From the NCBI GenBank assembly GCA_051546255.1, contig CP128816.1, forward strand, positions 1,798,001 to 1,862,000: a stretch of DNA of 64,000 nucleotides, given 5' to 3'. Source of the stretch: Meyerozyma guilliermondii (taxonomy: Eukaryota). Below the pieces are notes generated by a model. That model ran no database searches. It saw only the letters and a list, made by a program, of their open reading frames with translations, and was not told the DNA's origin. The stretch's first letter is position 1. Each line of letters opens with the position of its first letter. The position numbers and the translations under genes were made by a program. Positions 10,604-22,160 of this stretch are shown here, piece by piece.

Positions 10604-12202
10604 ATGTCACAACCCCATTCTCGTCTGCGGTCTCGTCTGAGGCACTCAGCGGCTCTGTCGCGACTGACTAGTGCTACAAGAAGACCATCCTTACGTCGGA
10701 GGTCACTTTCAGCTTCGTCTCTCACAAAACTTTTGCTTACTTCGACTACTGTCGATTCCGATTCGTCGATTCCAACGGTTTCTGCAACCATTGACAATAC
10801 TCTTCCCCTTGATTTCTTCAAACTGGACTTGGTGGGAGTTATAAAAGCCCTCAAGGTCAGTAAATGGCACAAGAGACAGCTTATACCAGCGCAGTTGTCG
10901 GTGCAACGTATTCTGGGTGCTTTAACGAACTCGATCTACAAGCTTGAATACAAGGATCCAGTACTGAATGTCAACTTGCCTGCTCTCTTGCTTCGTGTTT
11001 ACGGAAAAAATGTTGATCTGGTTGTTGACAGGGATACTGAGCTCGAGGTTTTGATCAAATTGCTGCAGAAAAAAATTGGTCCTCGACTTTTGGGAATTTT
11101 CATCAATGGTAGAATCGAACAATTTTTGGAAGGCTACGTTACGCTTAATCGATTACAAATCCGAGACGCCGTGATTTCACAAATGATAGCGAGAAGAATG
11201 AAGGATCTTCACTACAAATTGGAATTGGATGATAAGGACCGTAAAGGCATCCCAGCAACTTGGAAATTTATTTTGAGATGGTTAGACCTTTTTGAACGGA
11301 CAATTTTGCCCACCTGGGACAACTTTGACCATCGGGAAGCATTTTTGACTGATTACCGTAAATTTAGAGATGCAGTCTTGAGGTACAGAAAATGGTTATT
11401 TGACCAATATGAGGAGGATATCAGCACAAACTTGAGGTTTTGTCACAACGATACTCAATATGGTAACCTTCTTTTACATGATCTGTTCTCGCCTGAGGAT
11501 ATTATAGTGCCACAAGAGTCATCGTCTCTCACATCCACCACCAATAAGAAGGACACCAACTTGGCAGTAATTGATTTTGAGTACTCTGGACCAAATTTTC
11601 CTGCCTACGACCTTGTGAACCATTTTTGTGAATGGATGTCTGACTACCACAATGAAGAATGCTCATACTATATTCATCACGATCGCTATCCCACCCAATT
11701 AGAGCAGCTCAATCTCATTAAATCGTACGTGGAGTACGACTTCCATTATCCTTCAAGTAACTACAAAACCAACGCTAATGTGGATGTGACTTCGGTGACC
11801 GATATACTTCAATACGAAATCAGGAAACTCTACAACGAGTGCATTTTGTGGCGTCCAACAGTGCTGATTTTTTGGTGCTTATGGGGCCTTATCCAAAACG
11901 GACCTGAGAACGATACCACTACCGATGACTTGGGTTCGAGAAAGGAAGAGCAGGGCGTAGGAGCTACTTATAGTATTTCTACTGGGGTCGATGCTTTACA
12001 ATTGGACGAAAATGTGGTTGTTGAAGATGAGATCACTTCAAGTGACGACAGTTTCGAGTACCTCAAGTATGCCCAGCAAAAGGCTTCTCTCATGTGGGGA
12101 GATCTTATTGGTTTAGGCATTGTGGACGAGCTGCAAGTCGATCAATCAATGCATCACCTTATCAAGCATTTAGACTGTGGATTATTCGAGTTGGCTGCGT
12201 AA
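10604..12202 (+). CDS. CKI1: Choline/ethanolamine kinase
   Basis: RISGALTN (CTG = Ser), LLLRVYG, Brenner motif FCHNDTQYGNLL and IDFEY. Start placed at MSQPHSR (accATG context). Confidence 0.9.
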   Translation: MSQPHSRLRSRLRHSAALSRLTSATRRPSLRRRSLSASSLTKLLLTSTTVDSDSSIPTVSATIDNTLPLDFFKLDLVGVIKALKVSKWHKRQLIPAQLSVQRILGALTNSIYKLEYKDPVLNVNLPALLLRVYGKNVDLVVDRDTELEVLIKLLQKKIGPRLLGIFINGRIEQFLEGYVTLNRLQIRDAVISQMIARRMKDLHYKLELDDKDRKGIPATWKFILRWLDLFERTILPTWDNFDHREAFLTDYRKFRDAVLRYRKWLFDQYEEDISTNLRFCHNDTQYGNLLLHDLFSPEDIIVPQESSSLTSTTNKKDTNLAVIDFEYSGPNFPAYDLVNHFCEWMSDYHNEECSYYIHHDRYPTQLEQLNLIKSYVEYDFHYPSSNYKTNANVDVTSVTDILQYEIRKLYNECILWRPTVLIFWCLWGLIQNGPENDTTTDDLGSRKEEQGVGATYSISTGVDALQLDENVVVEDEITSSDDSFEYLKYAQQKASLMWGDLIGLGIVDELQVDQSMHHLIKHLDCGLFELAA

Positions 12203-12413
12203 TGCTGACTGCTAAAAGTGCAAGACTATTTAATACCAAAAGGGTAGATTTAATTCTTACGAGTATAGAATAAGGCTGGACTACTAGCTTACTATATATT
12301 AGCCTTAGACTTACTGTAGATCACCTTTTACTCTTTTTCCATGGATACCTAATGGTATATCTTCCTGTATACAGCTCAATACTATCTGCCTCGGCGCACA
12401 CTCTCTTGTCATC

Positions 12414-13547
12414 ATGTTAGCATTTAGGACTGCTGGTCACAATGGTTATGGCGTACAATACCTGCCGTTTTTCGATAACAAGCTAGCGGTAGCGACGGCA
12501 GCCAATTATGGGTTGGTAGGAAATGGTCGATTATATATTCTTCTGATCGAGCCAAATGGAACAATTGCAAATCCGATTTCTTGGGATACCCAAGATGGAC
12601 TTTTCGACATATCTTGGAGCGAGAACCATGAAAATCAGCTTGTGGCGGCAAGCGGTGATGGCTCTATAAAATTATTCGATACGACGGTTGGTCAGTTTCC
12701 AGTTATGAATTGGAGAGAACATGAAAGAGAAGTGTTTCTGGTCAATTGGAACCTCGTAGACAAATCTACTTTCGTGTCGTCTTCGTGGGATGGAACCATA
12801 AAGATTTGGGACCCGCTGAGACCTCAATCGTTAATGACTCTTCGTTCTCCTACAGATCACTCTGTGCGAAGTTCTGGGCCCAATCCAGGACCTAATTCAG
12901 CAACAAATTCTGGGGCTCCCGGGGCTCCAGGAACCACCCCGTCTTCGAGTACCGCCCAGTGTGTCTACAATGCATCTTTCTCGCCTCATTCTCCATCCAC
13001 CATCATCAGTTGCAATGGCACATCCCATATTCAAGTGTGGGACATCCGTGCACCACGACAGCTCCAAGTTGACTATATTGGCCATGGCGGAATGGAGGCC
13101 TTGAGTTGTGATTGGAACAAGTACAAGTCTACAGTGGTGGCTACGGCAGGAACGGACAAGCTGGTGAGGATTTGGGACTTGCGAATGATCACCAAAATCG
13201 ACCAGCCAAATCCCATTGCACCCATGCCTGCATACCACATACGAGGGCCTACTCCACTAAATGAATTACTAGGGCATGAATTTGCAGTACGAAAAGTCAT
13301 GTGGTCTCCACACTCGGGAAACGAGCTCATAAGTGCATCGTACGATATGACATGCCGAGTATGGAACGATATGTCAAATGAAAGAGCCCGGTTCTTGAAC
13401 TCTGGGGCCGGTGGGTGTAAGGGTGTGATGTCCAGGCATCGAGAATTTGTTATTGGATGTGATTATAGTTTATGGGGAGAACCTGGATGGGCTGCATCTA
13501 CCGGGTGGGACGAAATGGTGTATGTATGGGATTCCAAGCGGTTGTAA
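12414..13547 (+). CDS. PEX7: PTS2 receptor peroxin-7 (WD40)
   Basis: GYGVQYSPFFDNKLAVATAANYGLVGNGRL, WD repeats, CDWNKY, SASYDMT. Confidence 0.95.
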   Translation: MLAFRTAGHNGYGVQYLPFFDNKLAVATAANYGLVGNGRLYILLIEPNGTIANPISWDTQDGLFDISWSENHENQLVAASGDGSIKLFDTTVGQFPVMNWREHEREVFLVNWNLVDKSTFVSSSWDGTIKIWDPLRPQSLMTLRSPTDHSVRSSGPNPGPNSATNSGAPGAPGTTPSSSTAQCVYNASFSPHSPSTIISCNGTSHIQVWDIRAPRQLQVDYIGHGGMEALSCDWNKYKSTVVATAGTDKLVRIWDLRMITKIDQPNPIAPMPAYHIRGPTPLNELLGHEFAVRKVMWSPHSGNELISASYDMTCRVWNDMSNERARFLNSGAGGCKGVMSRHREFVIGCDYSLWGEPGWAASTGWDEMVYVWDSKRL

Positions 13548-13697
13548 CTTTGGGAATATTTCCTGCATTTTACCCATGTCATGTTATTACCTTTCCTAAT
13601 TGGGATGGGTTGCAACCGATTGCAGTAAGCAAAACAATGGAACTTTAGATAGCCTTATATACCCGGGGCTATAATAATTGCTTGCGAGACTGTCATT

Positions 13698-16109
13698 ATG
13701 TATCATGTGGTGATTCCCCTTGAATACACCTATGTCATCAACTTGATAACCAACAACTACTTTCATACTCAAAACCAATGGTTCAAGTACGATTCAGGTC
13801 CATCGGTAATCGATATCATTGACAACGTCCAAGCTATCCATCGCGAAGCCGACAAACTCAATGAATCCATTGATGGGTCTGTGAATGTGGTAGAGGGACT
13901 GTCCAGTCAAGAATATGTGGTAACTATATCTTCCACCAACCAGTCGTTTGTCAATAATGCCAGAACCAAAATTCTTCAAAAGTATAACCGGGTTGGGTAC
14001 AAGCAAGTGGAGCTTGAGGCTAGCTCTTTCCGCAAATTGAACCACGACTTTTTCTTCTATTTGAACGACTTGGCTTCTCGTTATGATGTGGATATTATTA
14101 TCAGTGACGAGAACACCGACTTTCAAACCAAGGTGAACCGGTCAAATCATCCGTATGTGTATGTGTTGGGATTTGAGGATAACATCACCGTGGCTGAGTC
14201 ACAATTGAGAATTCTCTTGGACACCATGATGGATGAATATCATTTGGATTATGTGAATATTGATCTCTCGGTGGTGCCATTGATCGGAGGTATTGACCTC
14301 TACAACTTTAACCAAATTGCTATGCAACTGAAAGCCAACATTTATATCCTGGACCTTCTCCCCAGCTTGTTCAGTACCAAGGTTCTCGATACCACAAGCC
14401 AACTCAAAATCTCCATCACTGCTAGAAACGTCCATGAAATCGCCTTGTCCAAGCATATTCTTACCAGGCTCTTGGAACAACTAAAAAGCAACGGGAAATG
14501 GGATCTTTTCGTCAAACTGGTGACGCTTCCAAAGACCACCATTGATGCCTTAGTATTGCACAACCAGCCTGAATTATTGAATATCATGTTCAAATACGGT
14601 GTCTATGTTCAGGTCCCATCGCTCGCCGAACCGGGCGAGTATGACATTATCATTCAAGGTCAGACGGCCGAAATGGTGAATGATGCAGTAGAGGACCTTG
14701 CTTTGTTGGGCAGCAGGTATTATACCCTCACGCTTCGGCCTGCTGGATTCCCCAACGATATCGTTAACAAGCTTCTGAAACTTGTCAGTAATAAGCGTTC
14801 ATGCGTGGTCACCGCTAGCAGCCATTGCATTGAGTTAACAGGATTAGCTGAAGATATCAAGGCGGCTCTCTCTGATTTTAACACTGACTATGTGTACTGG
14901 CATTCATGTTTCAGTGGAGACTTTGATATCAAGCTTCAAATTGAGTTGAACAATAGTCAAAAGGACTTTATAAGCGGTAAGAAAAACGGAAAGCTTATCA
15001 AGATATTGAACCAACTCCATCTGATTCCCCAAATTCAATTCAAGCCATTCAACCAGAACAATTTTTATATTGATATCAGTATCACCAGTGGAAACCCCAC
15101 CACACTCCCTCAATTGCTCCAGGCTATTCACCTTGTTGAGTGCGAGCTTCCAGCAGAAGATCAGTTTAACATTCCCGAGGTGTTCCATAAATCTATCATT
15201 GGTAATGGTGGATCGATTATTCAGTCAATTATGAAAAAGTATAACGTTTTCATCAAATTCTCGAACAAAAATAACTTAAATGAGTCGCGAGTGTTCTACA
15301 CCTACAAACGAAGCAACAATGTCTTGATCAAGTGTCCTAGAAAAAATAGTCGAAACATCATGTTGGCTAGGTATGAGATCGACCAACTCGTTCAGCTGTG
15401 TCTCAAAAACCAAGCCATGATACCTGGACTTGCACATTATCGTACCACTGGATTTAAGCTTCTCAAGGGACATTATATGTTGATGATCAATGCCAAGAAT
15501 AAAAACTTGAACTTTGTCAATGAATTGGAAATCAAGCATGGAGTGTATATCGATTTCCCCAAATCTGTTGAAGCGTTTCAGAATAGCAACGAGTTGACGG
15601 TTTCTATCCGTGGTTCTGATCACCGTTCTCAACAATGTGCTGAGCAATTACGGTTGCAAATGCCAATAAACTACGAAATCAAAGTGACATTTTCTCCAGG
15701 GAAATTCGACCATATGATCAGCGAGGCCAATGTCGAGTTCTGTGAGCGGGTATTGGTACCATTAAACGTGAGACATGATGTAACTCTTACGATTAATGAG
15801 ACGCCTATTGGCACTTACGACACTGGATTTCACCAGGTGATCTTGAGCTCGTATCTGGATGCAAGCATCAAGGCAGGAGTACAGCAATTGACTAGCTTTT
15901 TGAGAGAGAAAGAGTTTATGATTGCGGACCGTAGTCCCTGGAAGTATGAGCAAATTGTGGATACTGAAGTCGAGCAATTGCGGCCAATCAATAATGTGGT
16001 GCGACCAGTTGCAAAATTCGAGAAAAATGCAGTAAACTACAATTTCACTAACGACCAACCAGGAATGATAAGATATCGCAATCAATATGCCAACATCTTG
16101 ATACCATAA
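13698..16109 (+). CDS. KH-domain RNA-binding protein (YLL032C/Mug60-like)
   Basis: KH GxxG motifs FISGKKNGKLIKI and HKSIIGNGGSIIQSIMKKYNVFIKF; NVLIKCPRKN. Confidence 0.75.
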   Translation: MYHVVIPLEYTYVINLITNNYFHTQNQWFKYDSGPSVIDIIDNVQAIHREADKLNESIDGSVNVVEGLSSQEYVVTISSTNQSFVNNARTKILQKYNRVGYKQVELEASSFRKLNHDFFFYLNDLASRYDVDIIISDENTDFQTKVNRSNHPYVYVLGFEDNITVAESQLRILLDTMMDEYHLDYVNIDLSVVPLIGGIDLYNFNQIAMQLKANIYILDLLPSLFSTKVLDTTSQLKISITARNVHEIALSKHILTRLLEQLKSNGKWDLFVKLVTLPKTTIDALVLHNQPELLNIMFKYGVYVQVPSLAEPGEYDIIIQGQTAEMVNDAVEDLALLGSRYYTLTLRPAGFPNDIVNKLLKLVSNKRSCVVTASSHCIELTGLAEDIKAALSDFNTDYVYWHSCFSGDFDIKLQIELNNSQKDFISGKKNGKLIKILNQLHLIPQIQFKPFNQNNFYIDISITSGNPTTLPQLLQAIHLVECELPAEDQFNIPEVFHKSIIGNGGSIIQSIMKKYNVFIKFSNKNNLNESRVFYTYKRSNNVLIKCPRKNSRNIMLARYEIDQLVQLCLKNQAMIPGLAHYRTTGFKLLKGHYMLMINAKNKNLNFVNELEIKHGVYIDFPKSVEAFQNSNELTVSIRGSDHRSQQCAEQLRLQMPINYEIKVTFSPGKFDHMISEANVEFCERVLVPLNVRHDVTLTINETPIGTYDTGFHQVILSSYLDASIKAGVQQLTSFLREKEFMIADRSPWKYEQIVDTEVEQLRPINNVVRPVAKFEKNAVNYNFTNDQPGMIRYRNQYANILIP

Positions 16110-16693
16110 AAAATTTATATATGTGAAGCAATCCTCAATATATAAGCTCACACGCTAGTTTAATGATCACAAGAGAATATGAAACTCACACTACATATCA
16201 AAATACTAAATATTCAACAAGCAAAAAACAAATATGAAGTGATTACTACAAATAGACGCCCATCTGCTTACTTGCCCGTCACTTCTTACTCATTTTTTAC
16301 TCATTGTTCATCGATTTGTTCAAGCCCAATATCCGATTACATCCGCCCATCAATCATCTGCGGCGCATCCCAACAAATGCAGCAAGCGTCAGTGCGGCGC
16401 GGACTCGGCACCGTAACATTAACCCCGGTTTTATGAGAATCGATTTCCCCACTATACCAGTTACAGACTTCAATTCAAGCACACAGATTGTCACCACCAT
16501 CTACTACACAACCTCTTTTTCTATTTCCATTTTCGTCTTGGACTTGCCAGTTTTTTTTGCACCCGTTTGAATCAGTCGCACCGTTTTGGGACATGTCGCA
16601 AACTGCCAATGCATCGCTGTTCCTCGGCAAAAATCTACTGGTTGTTGCGACAGTAATTATATAAGTCAATTACTTTCACCACTCGGGCAAGTC

Positions 16694-17689
16694 ATGATTG
16701 AGTTTGGGAAACCTAGTAGCAACATATGGAAGTTTCCTTCGGGACAAACTCCATTGGCACCATCACCATTCAAGAGTGATTGGCTTTCCAATCTTTATCA
16801 AACCTCCATGAAAATCACCACTCCGATAACCATTGCTTTGGTTTACTTCACTTCGGTCCACTATGCCAATGGAATAGTACGTCGGCGCCAGGCAACTAAG
16901 GCTAACAAGAACATCGAATCGCTATCTCCAGCAGAACTCAAAAAACTCCCTCCAGCACCATATTCCATTGCCCGTCTGGGATTGTTCAAGTTATTTGTGT
17001 TGGCTCACAATGTGTTCTTGTGCTTGTACTCGGCTTGGACACTTGTAGGAATGTCATCTGCTATTTCCCAAACGGTGGAGATCATTCTGAATGTTTCCAA
17101 TACCTCTAGTGTGGTGGACAATTTCTTCCACTCTGTATGTGATTTGCAGAATGGAGTCTTTAGCTCGAAACTTCCCTTCCGTAACTTGGAAATCTTTGGT
17201 TACTGGTTCTACATGTCCAAATTTTACGAGGTCATCGACACCATCATCATCTTGTTAAAAGGTAGGCCGTCATCGTTGCTTCAAAGTTATCACCATTCTG
17301 GTGCCATGATGTGTATGTGGGCTGGTATCAGGTACCAAAGCCCTCCAATCTGGATCTTTGTTGTGTTCAATTCGTTCATCCACACCCTTATGTATTTTTA
17401 CTTCTCCCTCAGCTGTCTTCGTATCCGGGTCCCGGTACTTTTCAAGAGGACATTGACTTCATTGCAAATTACCCAATTTCTTGTTGGTGGGTCTTTGGCA
17501 GTTGTACACGCTTTTATCTGGTATACCGACTTATCCAGCGGTGAGCTTACCAGTTGTATTGGTACTACCGATCAAGCTCTTCTGTTGTTCATTAACGTTG
17601 GATACTTGACTCCATTAACGGCGTTATTTGCAGCCTTTTACATTGATAGCTATATTCGCCCCAAAAAGGCCAAGAACCAAAAAAGCTAG
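16694..17689 (+). CDS. GNS1/SUR4 (ELO) family fatty acid elongase
   Basis: SKFYEVIDT, LQSYHHSGAM, NSFIHTLMYFYF, TSLQITQF and a C-terminal Lys-rich ER-retrieval-like tail. First in-frame ATG at 16694, with TATATAA 30 nt upstream. Confidence 0.9.
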   Translation: MIEFGKPSSNIWKFPSGQTPLAPSPFKSDWLSNLYQTSMKITTPITIALVYFTSVHYANGIVRRRQATKANKNIESLSPAELKKLPPAPYSIARLGLFKLFVLAHNVFLCLYSAWTLVGMSSAISQTVEIILNVSNTSSVVDNFFHSVCDLQNGVFSSKLPFRNLEIFGYWFYMSKFYEVIDTIIILLKGRPSSLLQSYHHSGAMMCMWAGIRYQSPPIWIFVVFNSFIHTLMYFYFSLSCLRIRVPVLFKRTLTSLQITQFLVGGSLAVVHAFIWYTDLSSGELTSCIGTTDQALLLFINVGYLTPLTALFAAFYIDSYIRPKKAKNQKS

Positions 17690-17935
17690 GCCAAGGACTC
17701 TCCAAAGCAATTAAGTAGTAAATAGTTTCACTGTACGTTATAAACCGTAACACCACCCTACACTAGTCTACCATCGTTCCTCGCCGCACGCAACCAATAT
17801 TCGCGCCTTGGATGCAGGCACCCCACTCGAACCCGACCCTCGAATCGCGCCAAGACGTATTGTTTCCCATATCCACTTTTATGACGCCAGGATCATTCTC
17901 TGGCGCCTAGATCTTGAAGACACCTCCAATTTCCC

Positions 17936-19924
17936 ATGAGCAGTCTGCAGAACCCCTTTGAGGACTCTCAGCGCTTATCAAGCGATTCTGTGACGTCTGA
18001 CTTTTTGCACCAAGATTCCTCGGCGCAACAATCGCTTCTTCAATCTGAACCAGATGGGCTAAGAACCCACCACGACACCCGTGCGAGAACTGGTGCTCCT
18101 GGAAGACCCATATCCAACAAAAATCTTCATTTATCACGCGATACCGACAAACCATATGATTCTTTCCTTGAACATAAAATAGATGACGACGAAAAAACCG
18201 AGAATGGATCGGGATTGAGCGATTCTTCTGCTTCCGCTTCTCAAGCAGTAACACACCGGCGTAACAGTAGTGATTTGGAATACGACTCCGATGATCCGGT
18301 TCGTTTAGCAAATGCGCTGTCTTTTGACGGTCTGGCTGGGTACTTGGATGATTATGGAAACCGTTACGACCATGTCGATTTCGACTCTAAAGGGTATACA
18401 AACAAGCTTTCGTTCAAGGGAAACAGACTTGTCTATTTTACATCGGCATTTGTTTCATTATTTGTATCGCTTTTCGGATACGAACAGGGTGTATGCTCAG
18501 GAATATTGACGTTTGTCACCTTTGACAAATACTTTAACTCCCCAAGCTCAGCACAAATAGGGTTCATCATTGCAATTCTCGAGATTGGTGCCATGATTTC
18601 TTCCTTGATGGTGGCAAAATTGTCTGATAAATTGGGAAGAAAACGCACTATTTTAATCGGTACTTTCATCTTCATGATTGGCGGTCTGTTTCAATCATTT
18701 GCATCAAATCTCTTTGTTTTCGCCATTGGCAGAGTGCTTTCGGGGTTCGGTGTTGGTATTCTCCTGACAATGGTACCCTCCTACCAGTGTGAAATATCTC
18801 CTTCTGAAGAACGAGGTAAACTCGTGTGTGGTGAATTCACCGGTAATATTAGTGGTTATGCATTGAGTGTGTGGGTTGATTATTTTTGTTACTTTATCCA
18901 GAACGTGGGTAATGCTCGTAAGGACCCCCATTCATTTGCTGCTAACCTCCTGTGGCGGCTTCCTCTATTCATTCAGGTTGTAATTGCATTTGTTTTATTT
19001 TTGGGTGGCTTTTTCATAGTCGAGTCGCCTCGATGGTTATTGGACGTGGATATGGATCAGCAAGGATTTCATGTTCTTTGTTTATTGTACGACAGCTCTC
19101 CAGATCGTGACAAGCCTCGCAAAGAATTCTTTATGATAAAGAATTCTATCTTACATGAACGGGTCACCACTCCAAAATATGAGAGAAGTTGGAGACACAT
19201 GTTACGTCATTACAAGACAAGAGTATTGATCGCATGTTCAGCACTTGGATTTGCTCAATTGAATGGTATCAATATCATTTCCTACTATGCTCCATTGGTA
19301 TTTCAAGAAGCAGGCTTCGAAGATTCCAAAGCATTGCTTATGACAGGAGTCAATGCTCTTGTATACCTCGCATCTACGATTCCACCATGGTTCTTAGTGG
19401 ACAAGTGGGGTCGTAAACCCATCTTGATAAGTGGTGGAGCCCTGATGGCAGTTTGCCTATTTCTCATTGCCTTGTTCATGTTTTTGGACAAATCTTACAC
19501 CCTGTCTTTAGTGGCACTTCTTGTCATTATCTACAATGCATCGTTTGGTTATAGCTGGGGTCCTATTGGATTTTTGATTCCGCCAGAGGTGCTTCCTATG
19601 GCTATTCGATCCAAAGGTGTTTCGTTATCGACCGCTACGAATTGGCTAGCTAATTACATTGTTGGACAACTTACCCCAGTACTTCAAGAACTGATAGGGT
19701 GGGCAATGTATCTTATACCCGCAGGCTTTTGCATAATATCAGCAGGTGTGGTTATCGTATTTTATCCCGAGACGAAAGGCATAGAGTTGGAGGATATTGA
19801 TAAGCTTTTTGCAGATTATTATGGCAAACTGGGACCTAAAATGAATGAGTATGCACTAGTCGGAATCCGCGACGATGCAGATGACGACATAGACGATATG
19901 GATTACGAAAGAACAATGTTATAG
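17936..19924 (+). CDS. MFS sugar-porter family transporter (YDL199C-like)
   Basis: LFGYEQG, DKLGRK, VESPRWL, QLNGINIISYY, DKWGRK and PETKG motifs; long acidic N-terminal tail. Confidence 0.9.
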   Translation: MSSLQNPFEDSQRLSSDSVTSDFLHQDSSAQQSLLQSEPDGLRTHHDTRARTGAPGRPISNKNLHLSRDTDKPYDSFLEHKIDDDEKTENGSGLSDSSASASQAVTHRRNSSDLEYDSDDPVRLANALSFDGLAGYLDDYGNRYDHVDFDSKGYTNKLSFKGNRLVYFTSAFVSLFVSLFGYEQGVCSGILTFVTFDKYFNSPSSAQIGFIIAILEIGAMISSLMVAKLSDKLGRKRTILIGTFIFMIGGLFQSFASNLFVFAIGRVLSGFGVGILLTMVPSYQCEISPSEERGKLVCGEFTGNISGYALSVWVDYFCYFIQNVGNARKDPHSFAANLLWRLPLFIQVVIAFVLFLGGFFIVESPRWLLDVDMDQQGFHVLCLLYDSSPDRDKPRKEFFMIKNSILHERVTTPKYERSWRHMLRHYKTRVLIACSALGFAQLNGINIISYYAPLVFQEAGFEDSKALLMTGVNALVYLASTIPPWFLVDKWGRKPILISGGALMAVCLFLIALFMFLDKSYTLSLVALLVIIYNASFGYSWGPIGFLIPPEVLPMAIRSKGVSLSTATNWLANYIVGQLTPVLQELIGWAMYLIPAGFCIISAGVVIVFYPETKGIELEDIDKLFADYYGKLGPKMNEYALVGIRDDADDDIDDMDYERTML

Positions 19925-20578
19925 GAGACAATAAAACGTGGCGCTTGCACCTTCCCAATTTTGTTTCGCGACACTTTTGCATCTGAGAACGCCGTCTATT
20001 GTGCGGGAAAAATACATAAGCGAATTACAGACGAGATAGGTACAAAAGTATATTTTACATATCATATATGAAAACTTTCAAACCTTGTAGTAACACAATT
20101 ATGTAATTGCGTAGCAACTCTTTCTCTACTTCAAAATAAGCTTTTTTCGGTAGTTTCCGACCGGAACCCCACGCCGCTTTCTCCGAGCGGAGCGCATCAT
20201 TTTTTTGCGCAGGTTGATCCATTTCAGTGACATAATTCTTCTCACAACTAATTATATAACCTATCATTTTTTTTTAAAGAACAGCTAGATTGATCAGTTT
20301 GCCGTAAACCCTGTGGTACATTACTAGCAAACGTTCATATACCTTCTTGCAATACTTTATCTTGGCAGCCGGTCTGTTAAAAGCAAGAATTGCAAATTCA
20401 ACTGCAACCCCACCCCTTTTCACCACCGTCACAGGTAACTTTCGACCAAACCATTGGTCTCTAGTTGCTTGCACAGTCCAACATAGCTCCCAGGCGAAAT
20501 CTGGACCTTATCGGATCGTTGGAAAACTAATTATTTGACCATTCTCAAAGTCAACAAAGTCGTCATACATGACCTATA

Positions 20579-21850
20579 ATGACCGCCCCCGATCTACCCA
20601 TGCAGTCATCAAGACCTATACCGATACCTCTTGGTGATGCGGACCACACCGAATCGAAATCAGGCGCAAAATTACCAGTTAAACGCTCAATTAGCATCAG
20701 TTCCATCAAGCATATATCCAGAATTTCAGATTCTCCTCCCAACCCATCACATCCCTTGCAAGGGTACGACTCCACCGTGAACCAGTACTGTTCATTTGAC
20801 TGTACCGCGTTCGAAGATAGCGATTGCGACGATACCTTTGACGATGAAGATGATGACGGATCAAAACTGTCGCTTTCCATTGAGTCTTCTAGCAGCCTTG
20901 CCAGTTCTGCTCAAAGCAACCAATGGTTCGGTTCTCCATCAATGCGCCCATCTAGACGAACACCACCCACTTTTCCTCGGCAATTGAGATTGTCAATTTC
21001 GTCTTCAACCTCTCCACCCTCATTCGCAGCACTTTCCATTAAAAGTGCAAGTTCAAACTGCACGACGCATACGTTTGCAACCTCGACCCTCGCGCGCCTG
21101 TCGTCACTAGAGTCGGTTTCAAGTCTCAAGCAGGCGTCGCGTAGACCATCCAGAACCCTTGCATCAAACTTGACAGAATCTCTCAAGAGTATTCAGAATT
21201 CTGTGCGTAAAAGAACTGCTAGCATTACAGCGACATTCACCCTCACACCCAGAATGACCGATGATGTACTTCCTCACCAGCCGGCTGTCGTTGAGGAAGA
21301 ATTGACTACATTCCGTGGAGATGGAGCCGACATCACCAGTAGAAATCCCACCATTACCCCACGATTCAAGAATAGAGATCAGAGGGTAAATCCTGATTTT
21401 CTTCGACTCTATGCTTTTGACTATAGTGGAAGAACCCTGGGAATGCTTCCTATAGCCCACACCAGCAGCGAACTTGAACGTCTCTTACAAGGAAGCGAAG
21501 CCATTAGGCAATTCCATCATGCTAATAATCTCCATAAAATACTGAATGCTTCTAAAGAGAAACTATGGCGCGGAGTGATACTTGGTCCTCGATCCGATAG
21601 ATGCCCTTATAGTCATATTGAGTGTGATCTGTACGTGAACACAGACATCACAAGTACTCAAAGTCTTGTTCGTCTACATGGTACACATCAGCCGTGGAAT
21701 GTTAATGGTGCACGTTGTTTCAAACCTGCAGGTATCCTTTATGGAGCAAAGGAATGTATTAATGGCCATGCTCCTAGTAGTGGAGTGACTCGCTCACAAT
21801 ACACCGTCAAAGGATGGTGCAACTCACGGTGGCTTGCTACCGAAATATGA
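20579..21850 (+). CDS. Hypothetical protein: Ser-rich N-terminal half, globular C-terminal half
   Basis: 423-aa ORF; the C-terminal blocks NPDFLRLYAFD, KPAGIL and QYTVKGW look conserved-like, but I do not recognise the family. Confidence 0.7.
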   Translation: MTAPDLPMQSSRPIPIPLGDADHTESKSGAKLPVKRSISISSIKHISRISDSPPNPSHPLQGYDSTVNQYCSFDCTAFEDSDCDDTFDDEDDDGSKLSLSIESSSSLASSAQSNQWFGSPSMRPSRRTPPTFPRQLRLSISSSTSPPSFAALSIKSASSNCTTHTFATSTLARLSSLESVSSLKQASRRPSRTLASNLTESLKSIQNSVRKRTASITATFTLTPRMTDDVLPHQPAVVEEELTTFRGDGADITSRNPTITPRFKNRDQRVNPDFLRLYAFDYSGRTLGMLPIAHTSSELERLLQGSEAIRQFHHANNLHKILNASKEKLWRGVILGPRSDRCPYSHIECDLYVNTDITSTQSLVRLHGTHQPWNVNGARCFKPAGILYGAKECINGHAPSSGVTRSQYTVKGWCNSRWLATEI

Positions 21851-22092
21851 ATTATATACTGCTATTTCAGCTAGAGAATAGATTACTGAAACGACTGCAA
21901 AATCAGGTACCATGCGTTATCTGCAGGTCAAAAATTACAGCGGATAGATTGCAAGAATGTTGGTAAGACAAAATTAAATTGAACAGAATGAGTGAAATAC
22001 ATTTATGAACCGACCCCTTCACTATCCCGTTCTATCTGGTGTTTATCGCCATTTACACCACCCACTTACTTCCACACAAAACGCAGTCACGC

Positions 22093-22140
22093 GCACGTGA
22101 CCGATATTCTCATTCATTGAATTTTTCACGCTGAAAATTT
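22093..22140. promoter_or_regulatory. RPL8 promoter elements: Cbf1-type E-box and RRPE-like motifs
   Basis: CACGTGAC at 22094-22101; TGAATTTTTCA at 22118-22128; TGAAAATTT at 22132-22140. Confidence 0.5.
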
Positions 22141-22160
22141 CCCTCATCACCAACACTACC

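Noticed and set aside
10551..10649. GTATGC...TACTAAC before the CKI1 start, suggesting an intron
   Set aside because: No YAG close to the branch motif, unlike the three supported introns; the ATG at 10604 works without splicing.
16593..16664. 23-codon upstream ORF before the elongase
   Set aside because: It ends in the TATATAA motif 30 nt upstream of the main ATG, so it probably lies upstream of the transcript.
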